From an uncultured Bacteroidota bacterium (GTDB taxonomy: Bacteria > Bacteroidota > Ignavibacteria > UBA10030 > UBA6906): a stretch of 64,000 nucleotides of DNA. Of the stretch, positions 1 to 8,815 are shown piece after piece. Under the pieces are notes generated by a model. That model did no database searches. It was given only the letters and a program-made list of their open reading frames with translations, and had not been told where the DNA came from. Numbering within the stretch: the first letter of the stretch is position 1; the number at the start of each line of letters is the position of its first letter. The stretch spans positions 1,344,001 to 1,408,000 of the forward strand of contig CAVOYH010000003.1 in assembly GCA_963700635.1 (NCBI GenBank), read 5' to 3'. The translations under genes were made by a program, and so were the position numbers.

Positions 1-1
1 T

Positions 2-1393
2 CCCGGCGTTTCGCACCCCGGTGGCCGTTCGGAGCAAAAGGGGACTAACGCACAACTGGCAGACAGCAGTGCACAAACGGACACCGTCCACCGGCTTGGT
101 GACGGATCGGAATTACGCGTTACGTTTACCGGTGGATCGCTGTCCGGCGAGAGTACAGAGGCCGGGAATCTTCCGGTGCGGTTTGCGGTTGCCGTGTTTG
201 ATGCAGCGTATAGAGCTCTGCTTCACCGGCAACATGAAAAAAACCTTGCCTTTTCGTTGAACCAGCGATTGTTACAACTCAACAGCCTGATTGACACGGG
301 GATCGATATTGCGACGCTGGATGGAGCGGTGAATCCCTGCAACCTCGCACTGGAGCGTGCCGTGGCGTTGACCGATGCGTCTTACGGACTCGTTATCGTT
401 TATGAAGGGGACAGTATCGCCGAACGGATTACATTTCCGGGCGAGGTGCCGGAGCACAGAGGAAAGGGGGATGACACGAGTATCACAGCGGAGTTTGTCT
501 TCGGTCAGAAACGATATGTGTTTTCGCTGCTGGAGAAGGAAAGTCGTGATGGGGTTGCATCTTTTGAAGGGACAGACCGTCTCCTGCTTGATGCACTCTC
601 GCGACAGGTGCATGCTTCCCTGGAGAATCGGTTTCTGTACCAGCAGTCTCTTGAGAAGCAGAAAATGGAACAGGATCTTGCGGTAGCAGCGTCCATCCAG
701 CAGAGGATTTTGCCGTCGGTCCTTCCCGTCATCGAAGGCTATGATGCAGCGGGGATCAATATACCTTCAAAATCCGTGGGGGGTGATTACTACGACTGTA
801 TTCCTCTTCCGGAAGGCCGGTACGCACTGGTCATGGCTGATGTGGCCGGAAAGGGAATCCCGGCAGCGCTCCTGGTGAGCACGCTTCACGCGTATCTCTC
901 CGCGTATCTCGAGAGCGGGATGCCGCTTGCGGGAATGGCCACCCGGATCAACACGATGATTCATCGGGCCTCAACGGACGATAAATTTATCACGGCCTTC
1001 ATCGCGCTGCTTGACCCACAATCAGGCATTCTGGAGTATGTCAATGCGGGGCACACGGTGGGATACTGTCGAAGGGTTGACGGCACACTCCAGGGCCTTA
1101 CCGAAGGCGGAATTCCCTTCGGAATGCTTGATATGGAATTTCCCTATGAATCCGCCCGGGTCACGTTGCAGCCGGGGGATCGCCTCCTTCTCTACACCGA
1201 CGGAATCCCCGAGGCTCAGAACGACGCCGAGGTACTCTACGAAGACCAGGCTCCGCTGGAGGAGTTTATGGCCCGTGTAGTCCCCGGCAACGCCAGCGAT
1301 TTTATCAGTGAACTCATTGCTGATGTGGCCCGCTTTACCGCCGATGCCCCTCAGGCCGACGATATCACGGCACTCTATCTCATTCGCCGGTGA
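2..1393 (+). CDS. PP2C/SpoIIE (RsbU-like) serine phosphatase with GAF-like region; 5'-truncated by window edge
   Basis: Frame is open from base 2; motifs VGGDYYD, ADVAGKGIPAA, NAGH, LYTDGI, QADDIT. Confidence 0.9.
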   Translation, partial: PGVSHPGGRSEQKGTNAQLADSSAQTDTVHRLGDGSELRVTFTGGSLSGESTEAGNLPVRFAVAVFDAAYRALLHRQHEKNLAFSLNQRLLQLNSLIDTGIDIATLDGAVNPCNLALERAVALTDASYGLVIVYEGDSIAERITFPGEVPEHRGKGDDTSITAEFVFGQKRYVFSLLEKESRDGVASFEGTDRLLLDALSRQVHASLENRFLYQQSLEKQKMEQDLAVAASIQQRILPSVLPVIEGYDAAGINIPSKSVGGDYYDCIPLPEGRYALVMADVAGKGIPAALLVSTLHAYLSAYLESGMPLAGMATRINTMIHRASTDDKFITAFIALLDPQSGILEYVNAGHTVGYCRRVDGTLQGLTEGGIPFGMLDMEFPYESARVTLQPGDRLLLYTDGIPEAQNDAEVLYEDQAPLEEFMARVVPGNASDFISELIADVARFTADAPQADDITALYLIRR

Positions 1394-1484
1394 TGGACTG
1401 TTTACCCGACCCAACGAACTCCGCCCGCTCTCCCCTTACCCCACCAGGGATACTGAAGCCCCGGTAACATGACGGGTGTTGTTC

Positions 1485-2048
1485 CTATACACGGGGCCAC
1501 AACCATCCGAACGTTCCGGCTGTCACCAGAGCATACAGCAACGCATCGAAGGTGTTTTTAAGTGCCACGGAAACGGGGCGTTTGTACCAGATTGTTTCCT
1601 GCCAACCACCCAGCGCATAACTTGCGAATGCCGTGACGCCCGCAAAACGGAAGACTGCCAGATAATGTGCGTCGGGTCCGAGAGCGCGCCCGGCCACGTA
1701 CGCAGCAAAGATCCCGATGATAAGAGAATAAACAAACCACTGCAGCAGGTTGCCTGCCATGGAGGGGTTTGCTCCCGACCAAACGGTGAGCATGGCGTTC
1801 GGCCCCTTTTTCACCTTCGCCTGAAAATCCGGTGCATTCATGTCTTTCATGCTTGCCGCGCGCGGAAAATGATACTGACCGGGAGGAATGTTGAACTTCC
1901 TCAGGGCATCCATCACCCCGTCTTCGTCAGGGAGTTTCCGGTAATCGTTGGCGTGATAGCCGAGCAGCATGTGGATCAGCGAACTGACCACAAAGACAAA
2001 CACGGCAGAAAGCAAAATGGGAAGCCAGAGGGAGAGAATAGAAACCAT
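1485..2048 (-). CDS. Conserved hypothetical integral membrane protein (~187 aa)
   Basis: AGGAGG upstream of ATG at 2048; about four hydrophobic segments; no function assignable. Confidence 0.75.
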   Translation of the reverse strand: MVSILSLWLPILLSAVFVFVVSSLIHMLLGYHANDYRKLPDEDGVMDALRKFNIPPGQYHFPRAASMKDMNAPDFQAKVKKGPNAMLTVWSGANPSMAGNLLQWFVYSLIIGIFAAYVAGRALGPDAHYLAVFRFAGVTAFASYALGGWQETIWYKRPVSVALKNTFDALLYALVTAGTFGWLWPRV

Positions 2049-2197
2049 AACGACCTCCTGATGATGATTATGCACCTGGATTACAGTGATTGAAGGTAGG
2101 TCTTTTCCGGATTCGAGGCAAGAGATTATGTCTACACGCTGGCAGTGAGACACGGATCTTCGTATATTATACATCTACACGAGAAGAACGGAATCCC

Positions 2198-3802
2198 ATG
2201 GGTCTAAAAGAAGAAATCCTGCGCCGGCGCACATTTGCTATCATCTCCCACCCCGACGCGGGGAAGACAACACTCACCGAAAAGTTTCTGCTCCATGGCA
2301 ATGCCGTCCAGCTTGCCGGATCCGTGACAGCCCGGAAGAATCAGAGACAGTCCACGTCGGATTGGATGGAACTGGAACGCAAAAGGGGTATCTCCATCAG
2401 TTCTACCGTGTTGCAATTCGACTACAATGGTTTCAGGATCAACCTTCTGGACACGCCGGGTCATCAGGATTTCTCGGAGGATACCTATCGGGTCCTGACT
2501 GCTGTGGATGCTGTCGTGATGGTGATAGATTCCGCAAAAGGAATCGAAACACAGACAAAAAAGCTCTTTGAAGTCTGCCGCCGGAGACATATTCCGATTT
2601 TTACGTTTATGAACAAACTCGACCGGCCCACCAAAGATCCCCTGGAACTGCTTGACGAGCTCGAAAAGGTCCTGGGAATTGCGGCCTATCCGATGAACTG
2701 GCCGCTGGGCACGGGATTTTTATTTCGCGGCGTTTTTGACCGCCTCGCCAGGCAAGCCCACCTCTTTGAGTTCGGGGTGAGCGGGGCCTACCGGGTACCG
2801 GTGGAAATTGGTTCGCTTTCAGACCCGGTGGTTACCGATCGGCTCGCAGGGGAGGACCACAGGCGTCTTGTGGAGGAGATTGAGATGCTGGATCATGCAG
2901 GCTCGGCATTTGACACGGCCGAGGTTCTGGCGGGGAAAATTACGCCGGTCTTTTTCGGGAGCGCACGAAACAACTTCGGGGTTCAATTACTGCTCGACGG
3001 TTTCCTGGAGTACGCCGAACCTCCTCGTGCGCGTACGAGTAATGGCATACCGGTTCCGGTGGACAGCGATGTGTTTTCGGGGTTCGTGTTCAAGATTCAG
3101 GCAAACATGGATCCGCGCCACAGAGACCGTATTGCGTTTCTCCGTGTGTGTTCCGGAAAGTTTTCCAGAGACATGACGGCCATTCACTCGCGGAGCGGCA
3201 AGAGCATCCGGCTCTCGAATGCGGCAAAACTGTTCGGACGCGACAGGGAAACTGTTGACGAGGCCTATGCCGGAGATATCGTGGGGTTTGTCGGGCAGTC
3301 CCTCCTGAGTATCGGGGACACGCTTACGGAAGATCCGAAGATTGTGTATGAAGAAATCCCGAGATTTCCCCCCGAGTGCTTCTCGATCCTGAGTAATCCC
3401 AATCCCTCCAAATTTAAACGGTTCCGCGAAGGCGTGGATCAGTTGCTGCGCGAAGGCGTCGTGCAGGGCTTCTATCCCCGTGTCTCAGCTCAACAGGTCC
3501 CCATTCTCGCTGCCGTGGGACCGTTGCAGTTTGAGGTCTTCCAGTTTCGTCTGGAAAGCGAATACGGGGCGGAGGTGCAACTCAGCGCTGCAGACTGGAA
3601 GTTTGTTCGCTGGGTTCACCCCGATACCGACCGTTCGGTGCTCACCACAGGGGCACTTCCCACCGGATCTCTGCTGGCAGATGATGCGGCGGGACAGCTG
3701 GTGATTCTGTTTCCCGGTGATTGGGCGCTAAGCTATTTCGAAGAAAAAAATCCTTTGATTGTCCTCGGGACAAGTCCGTTTGAACCTCACTCCGGGAAAT
3801 AG
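2198..3802 (+). CDS. prfC: Peptide chain release factor 3
   Basis: RRTFAIISHPDAGKTTLTEK, DTPGHQDFSEDTYR, NKLDR, KIQANMDPRHRDR, GPLQFEV; start moved to ATG 2198. Confidence 0.97.
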   Translation: MGLKEEILRRRTFAIISHPDAGKTTLTEKFLLHGNAVQLAGSVTARKNQRQSTSDWMELERKRGISISSTVLQFDYNGFRINLLDTPGHQDFSEDTYRVLTAVDAVVMVIDSAKGIETQTKKLFEVCRRRHIPIFTFMNKLDRPTKDPLELLDELEKVLGIAAYPMNWPLGTGFLFRGVFDRLARQAHLFEFGVSGAYRVPVEIGSLSDPVVTDRLAGEDHRRLVEEIEMLDHAGSAFDTAEVLAGKITPVFFGSARNNFGVQLLLDGFLEYAEPPRARTSNGIPVPVDSDVFSGFVFKIQANMDPRHRDRIAFLRVCSGKFSRDMTAIHSRSGKSIRLSNAAKLFGRDRETVDEAYAGDIVGFVGQSLLSIGDTLTEDPKIVYEEIPRFPPECFSILSNPNPSKFKRFREGVDQLLREGVVQGFYPRVSAQQVPILAAVGPLQFEVFQFRLESEYGAEVQLSAADWKFVRWVHPDTDRSVLTTGALPTGSLLADDAAGQLVILFPGDWALSYFEEKNPLIVLGTSPFEPHSGK

Positions 3803-3864
3803 TTTCGTCGCGACGAAAAAAAATTGAGAATATTCGCAGGAGTCTTCGTTTCTCCCCCGTTTCC

Positions 3865-3893
3865 TTGCACCTCTCCGGAGAATTTCGTATATT
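3865..3893 (+). promoter_or_regulatory. Sigma70-type promoter upstream of LysM gene
   Basis: TTGCAC-N17-TATATT in intergenic DNA. Confidence 0.65.
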
Positions 3894-4068
3894 AGAATAC
3901 AAGAAACAGGGCGCACCATGATTTTTTGGTTCGCCGCCCTGCAGTGTATCGGCATCCAGCCAGACCTCTCACCGCAGGTCAATCTCCGGAACTCCGTCGT
4001 CGTTCACGTGTAAGGCTAACCCCGGCGGGGCGCCGTCATGAATTCATTAACTGCACGAAAGGACTGCC

Positions 4069-4443
4069 ATGTTAGCAGGAAAATATAGCCCAGCGATCGA
4101 CCTTGCGAGGAAACTCGGTTTTTCGGGGGTAGACGTCAAAGAAGATGGCGGGAAACTCAAAGTTAAAGCGACAGCTCCGTACCAGTTTGACAAGGATCTC
4201 TTCTGGGACAAGCTGAAGACGATTGCGAACTGGAATACTGAAGTAGAAGCGTCCATCAACGTCCAGCATACCGACGTGTATGGCTTCTACACGGTCGTTT
4301 CAGGTGACACCCTCTCCAAAATCGCAAAAGCGCATCTCGGTGACGCGATGCGATACATGGAGATCTTCAACATCAATAAAGATGTCCTGACAAATCCGGA
4401 CATGATCAAGGTGGGCCAGAAGATCAAGCTGCCATCAAAATAG
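4069..4443 (+). CDS. LysM domain protein (Kbp/YgaU-like architecture)
   Basis: C-terminal YTVVSGDTLSKIAK...IFNINKDVLTNPDMIKVGQKIKLP; no signal peptide. Confidence 0.88.
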   Translation: MLAGKYSPAIDLARKLGFSGVDVKEDGGKLKVKATAPYQFDKDLFWDKLKTIANWNTEVEASINVQHTDVYGFYTVVSGDTLSKIAKAHLGDAMRYMEIFNINKDVLTNPDMIKVGQKIKLPSK

Positions 4444-4455
4444 ACTGACCTGCTC

Positions 4456-5616
4456 TTATTTTACATGCACCATTCGCCGGGTGCTAACATGGCCGCCGGC
4501 GGACAGGCGGTAGAAGTATGTTCCGCTGGCGATGGTGCGGCCCGGCCCCGGAAACTCCACAGCATGGTGTCCTGCCTCAGCGGGCCCGTCCTGCAGCACG
4601 GTGATAAGCGCCCCGAGCGGCGTAAACACTTCGAGTCGCACGGGACCTGCATGCGGGAGCGTATACCTGATGGTCGTGGATGGGTTAAATGGGTTCGGAT
4701 GATTCTGGGCGAGAAAGAACTCTAAAGGTGGTATCTCGTCTTGCCGCACCACGGTTGTCCAGGAAGAAGCAAAAGCAACACCACCGGGAATTGTCACGGA
4801 AACGGGCACTACCATTGGGTTTGATCCGTCCATCCCCGCAACACGAATTCGTCCCGGTTCCAGTTCAGCCCAGACAATCCTCCCTCCGTTCACGTCCAGC
4901 GCGATGTAACCGGGGCGTGAAAGTCCTTCCAGTACCGATGCAAGTCCACTCCCATTCCGGTTGATCCTGCGGATCCGATTCCCGACGAACTCCGTCCAGT
5001 ACACGGTTCCCGTGCTGACATCAAGCGCCAGTCCATGCGGTCCGTCGAGTCCGGTGATCAGATCTGTTGGTACGCCGCCGGGCTGACGTTGGAGCGAACG
5101 GACGGACCCCATTTCGTACTCACACCAGTAGAGCTTGTCGGCAGTTGTGTCAACGACAATGCCCCGCGGATTACTCCGCGGCCCGAGCACGGCGAGTGTC
5201 TCGACTGCGCCCCCGGAAATTGGACAACTGAATATGGCGGGGCCGGTGAGCAGGTTCGATGATGCCCAGTAGAGTTTCCCCTTTTGTTGATCGACCGCGA
5301 TCCCACGGAGCGCTGAGCCGTCCGTCACGAGGATGGTCGGGCTCTGGAAGGCCGGACCCGCACGATGCAGGCGTGCGCCGGCAAACTGCAATTCCGTCCA
5401 GTAAATATTCCCCGCTTCATCGATTGTCAGACCTTCAGGCAGAGACGTAAGATCCAGAGCAAGCGTGCGTTGAGCCGAGCCATCAAGGTTGGCCGAACGT
5501 AAGAGCGCAGCTCCAAACGCCTCTTCCAGCCAGCAAATTTGTTGGGCCTGGACGCGGACGCCTATGGCCGGAAAAAGGACAATGAGCAGAGCGGATACAT
5601 AAAAGATTCTTTTCAT
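4456..5616 (-). CDS. Secreted YWTD/LDL-receptor-class-B-like beta-propeller protein with T9SS C-terminal domain
   Basis: Signal peptide; repeats IYWTE, LYWAS, LYWCE, VYWTE, IVWAE; C-terminal [15 protein letters not shown]...ASGTYFYRL. Confidence 0.85.
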   Translation of the reverse strand: MKRIFYVSALLIVLFPAIGVRVQAQQICWLEEAFGAALLRSANLDGSAQRTLALDLTSLPEGLTIDEAGNIYWTELQFAGARLHRAGPAFQSPTILVTDGSALRGIAVDQQKGKLYWASSNLLTGPAIFSCPISGGAVETLAVLGPRSNPRGIVVDTTADKLYWCEYEMGSVRSLQRQPGGVPTDLITGLDGPHGLALDVSTGTVYWTEFVGNRIRRINRNGSGLASVLEGLSRPGYIALDVNGGRIVWAELEPGRIRVAGMDGSNPMVVPVSVTIPGGVAFASSWTTVVRQDEIPPLEFFLAQNHPNPFNPSTTIRYTLPHAGPVRLEVFTPLGALITVLQDGPAEAGHHAVEFPGPGRTIASGTYFYRLSAGGHVSTRRMVHVK

Positions 5617-5661
5617 CGGATACTCTCCCTGAATGCTGGAACGCCAGTGGAGGTTCGGCGG

Positions 5662-6273
5662 TCAATCCCTGGAGGGGTAGATGCCCTGCAGGGCAATGAT
5701 GAAGTTTACCACGGTGTAGGGGGGCATTATGGAATGGGGCTGATTCCCGCCGGCAGACTCAATGAAGTCAGGAGCGAGGGTGGTGTTGGGGTTCTTCCCA
5801 TAGTGCGGGATACCTGCCGCATTACGTGCAGGAAGTGAGTCGCCGGGTCCGCCGGCAACTCCCACTGTGGAATCGGCCCATGCGCGATGAGTGTGACTCG
5901 GAATCTGATTCGTCGTCAGCGTATGTGATTCGGCGCCTGCCTTCTCGCCAAGCCTCCTGTTGGTCAGGCCGGGCCCGCTTCCGGCATGTAGCGGAAAACG
6001 CCCGCGGAGATCAGGCAGAGCAAAGGTTGTCCGTCCATCTCCCCCATACGTTGTGCCGAGCAGTGAAAAGAGAGCGGTGTTCTGAGCAATCGGGAGTAGT
6101 TGACCGTCGCAAAAGGCCCATCCCCTGGGGGCAAAGTTCCCTGCGAACATCCGGATTTCACCGATAAAAGGGTCCTGCGCGTGTGCGGCTGACAGACCGG
6201 CAATGGACAGTACCGCGAAGAGGAATAACTTCGACGGAAGAAACTTTGTCCATGATTGTGTCCGCGTTTCCAT
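5662..6273 (-). CDS. Phage tail-collar domain protein (microcystin-dependent protein/MdpB family) with signal peptide
   Basis: PFIGEIRMFAGNFAPRGWAFCDGQLL...LFSLLGTTYGGDGRTTFALPDLRGR...FIIALQGIYPSR; preceded by hydrophobic stretch ending AHA-Q. Confidence 0.9.
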   Translation of the reverse strand: METRTQSWTKFLPSKLFLFAVLSIAGLSAAHAQDPFIGEIRMFAGNFAPRGWAFCDGQLLPIAQNTALFSLLGTTYGGDGRTTFALPDLRGRFPLHAGSGPGLTNRRLGEKAGAESHTLTTNQIPSHTHRAWADSTVGVAGGPGDSLPARNAAGIPHYGKNPNTTLAPDFIESAGGNQPHSIMPPYTVVNFIIALQGIYPSRD

Positions 6274-6359
6274 AACGACCTCCGGAAAAATGGGAAGATG
6301 ATAATAATAGAGAAAACCCCGGAAGAGTCCGAAAGGTTTCCGACAAACGGAGAATCACC

Positions 6360-8774
6360 TCAGGTTTCTTCGATCATACTAACTTCTTTCCATCTGCCAT
6401 CTGTTTCAATCCTCAGAGTCTTAATTTCAAATGGCGAGCAATCTATGCCGATCTGGAGGGCGGGTTGCCGGAGAGCCAGCAGCCCCCGGACGTTGGCGCC
6501 TGTTGTTTCATGAATACGGACGATCAGCGCCCGCCCATCCCACGATTGTTTACATGCCAGCAGTCGGAGGGAGGGAGGCGAAAGACTCAGAAGCTCCTGA
6601 TGGGCGGGAGTCCCGGCGCCGGCGGGGTAGTGAGCGAGTGCGAACGGGGGTGTGATGAGCCAGTCAGCCATCGCCGACAATTGGGGCAGAAGATCCTCCT
6701 GCACCCCAGCCGCCACAAGGAGCCGTACCTCATGAACGCCCAGGTCCATGACCTTTGTTTGCCGCCCTTTGCCGGGAGCATAGGTATGTTCGTAACAGTA
6801 CGGGACGCTCCGCAGGACCGACAGTCGGACCTCACCGTCCCTGCAATCGAAACCGTGTTGCCCGTTGTTCACAATGGCAAGGGCTGCGGGTTTGTTCTCC
6901 ACGTCTCCGGTGAGAATCATCCAGCGGCCATGGGAATGTTCTTCGCCGTCCGCCGGTCTGTGTATGGCGCCGCCCGGGACTTCGCAGAACACCGATGATG
7001 CGTTGATGCAGGTGGGAAGCGCGAGTTTCAGCCGCATACGTTCCTCGTTCCAGAGAATACGGAACCGGAACTCCAGGAATGGGGTCGTCGTATAGCTGAT
7101 CGTCCGTGTTGTGATCCTGCTTTTTCCATACTCAAAGACGGCCTCCTGGATCGTCCTCACCCGGCCGGACTCAATTGTGGTAAGAGATCCGCTCACAGGA
7201 GAAAACTCTCCCATCACGTCATGGTAGTTCCATCGTTCCATTCCCCAGGAATCCGCATCATCATGAACTACAAGAGCCCGGAAGAGTTCTCCGGCGAGAA
7301 GCTCCCGGCCATCTCCGGTTTGGATCGAGCGAACCCGGCCTGTTACAGGGTGAATGCTGTGATGGACAGCCGGCTTCCCCGGGAGTTGTGTGCGGGGTCC
7401 CTCGTGCATTTCCACACGGAGGTGCGTTGCGCCGACGTGCGGCAGACTGGTGCTGAAGCAGAGCTTGCGGCGCCATTGATCGGCGATCAACAGCATCTCG
7501 GCTGTCTCTTCCTGCGCCGGAACCTCAACGCCGTCGAGCGTGAATAATCGAGCGTGCCACGCTCCTTCAAGTTTTGGGAGGTGATCGATCATATATTCCA
7601 CCTCGACCGGCAGCGTGGAGCCTCCAGGATTCACATTCAGGATGGTCAGAGGGATGTTGATCGGCTGTGCCGGTCCCCGGGTAAATCCGGACACTGCACC
7701 GAGCCGCAGACGGCGAAGCGTTTCGGAGGAGCGGCCGTAGAGATCAAGCGCGTCGAGTTCGGCAGGTTCGATGGACGATCCCGGAAGGATGTCGTGGAAA
7801 TCGTTAAAGAGATGGTCACGCCATGCGTCCCGGAGTTGCCATTCCGGATACTCCTGCCCGCATAACCACCAACTCGCTGTACGAGCGCCCTCCGTTTGCA
7901 GGACCTCTCCCAGATTCCGCTGCATTCTCCGTTTGAGACGGGCCATCGATGTATAGCAGCCGGTGAAGACTCTCTGGAGGTCACCGCGGACAAGCGGTGC
8001 AGAAGGGATACAGTGTTTGATTGCCTGGTAGTAGCGCTCGGGAGAGCTGTGGATGATCTCCACGCGGGTTTCCCGGCGCATCAGGTCGCGGATCTGTTCG
8101 AGATCCGCCTTTGTCGCACCTCCGCCGTGGTCCCCCAGTCCCCAGAATACAGGGGTATCACGTTTGAGTCGTAACGCAATGTCCATTGCCTGGTTAATCC
8201 GGTCCACAGCCGTACCGGGAAACGTATTGTATGCCGGGAACGGAATACGGTAGCCGGCGATTTCGGTTCCGTCCGTGCCCTGCCAGCGGTAGAGATCGGA
8301 GGGTATATCAAGGTTTTTTTGTTCCGGGCGCATATGGACGTACATGGAGTAACCGGCCCGCGCCAGCAACTGGGGGAGCCCACCGCTGTGGCCGAAGGAA
8401 TCAAAATTGTACGCCACGCGGGGAGCTGCATCAAAAAATTCCCGAAAATAGCGTCGTCCTTCAGCGATGTGTCTGATCAACGCTTCAGTGCCGGGCATAT
8501 TGACGTCCGGTTGCAGATCCCAGCCCCCGCTGATGCACCACCGTCCTTCCTGTACAAGCTTCTGAATCTCCGCAAACAGCGGAGGATCAAGATCCTGCAC
8601 CCACCGGTACAGAATGGATTCGTTGTGGTTGAACAGGAATTCCGGAAATTCACGGAGCAACCGTGCGGCGATCCCGAACGTATTCACCGCTTCGGCGGCG
8701 CCTTCTTCCCATCGCCACTGCCAGACAGGATCAAGATGAGCGTTGCAGATCAGGTGCAGAACCGGCTTTGTCAT
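6360..8774 (-). CDS. Glycoside hydrolase family 38 (alpha-mannosidase-like)
   Basis: NAHLDPVWQW, DSFGHS, GLGDHGGG, FHDILPGSSI; start moved to ATG 8774. Confidence 0.9.
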   Translation of the reverse strand: MTKPVLHLICNAHLDPVWQWRWEEGAAEAVNTFGIAARLLREFPEFLFNHNESILYRWVQDLDPPLFAEIQKLVQEGRWCISGGWDLQPDVNMPGTEALIRHIAEGRRYFREFFDAAPRVAYNFDSFGHSGGLPQLLARAGYSMYVHMRPEQKNLDIPSDLYRWQGTDGTEIAGYRIPFPAYNTFPGTAVDRINQAMDIALRLKRDTPVFWGLGDHGGGATKADLEQIRDLMRRETRVEIIHSSPERYYQAIKHCIPSAPLVRGDLQRVFTGCYTSMARLKRRMQRNLGEVLQTEGARTASWWLCGQEYPEWQLRDAWRDHLFNDFHDILPGSSIEPAELDALDLYGRSSETLRRLRLGAVSGFTRGPAQPINIPLTILNVNPGGSTLPVEVEYMIDHLPKLEGAWHARLFTLDGVEVPAQEETAEMLLIADQWRRKLCFSTSLPHVGATHLRVEMHEGPRTQLPGKPAVHHSIHPVTGRVRSIQTGDGRELLAGELFRALVVHDDADSWGMERWNYHDVMGEFSPVSGSLTTIESGRVRTIQEAVFEYGKSRITTRTISYTTTPFLEFRFRILWNEERMRLKLALPTCINASSVFCEVPGGAIHRPADGEEHSHGRWMILTGDVENKPAALAIVNNGQHGFDCRDGEVRLSVLRSVPYCYEHTYAPGKGRQTKVMDLGVHEVRLLVAAGVQEDLLPQLSAMADWLITPPFALAHYPAGAGTPAHQELLSLSPPSLRLLACKQSWDGRALIVRIHETTGANVRGLLALRQPALQIGIDCSPFEIKTLRIETDGRWKEVSMIEET

Positions 8775-8815
8775 GGTGTTTTTGCTGCTCCCGCTTTGTC
8801 GTTTGAGAACATGGC

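Noticed and set aside
4015-4032. GCTAACCCGGCGGGGCG resembles the 3' end of a c-di-AMP (ydaO) riboswitch, before a LysM gene
   Set aside because: The conserved upstream elements (GCTGAA, GGGGGAACC, GGGTGAA) are missing
5662-6273. Prophage suggested by the tail-collar gene
   Set aside because: No integrase, capsid, terminase or other tail genes nearby; the protein has a host-type signal peptide
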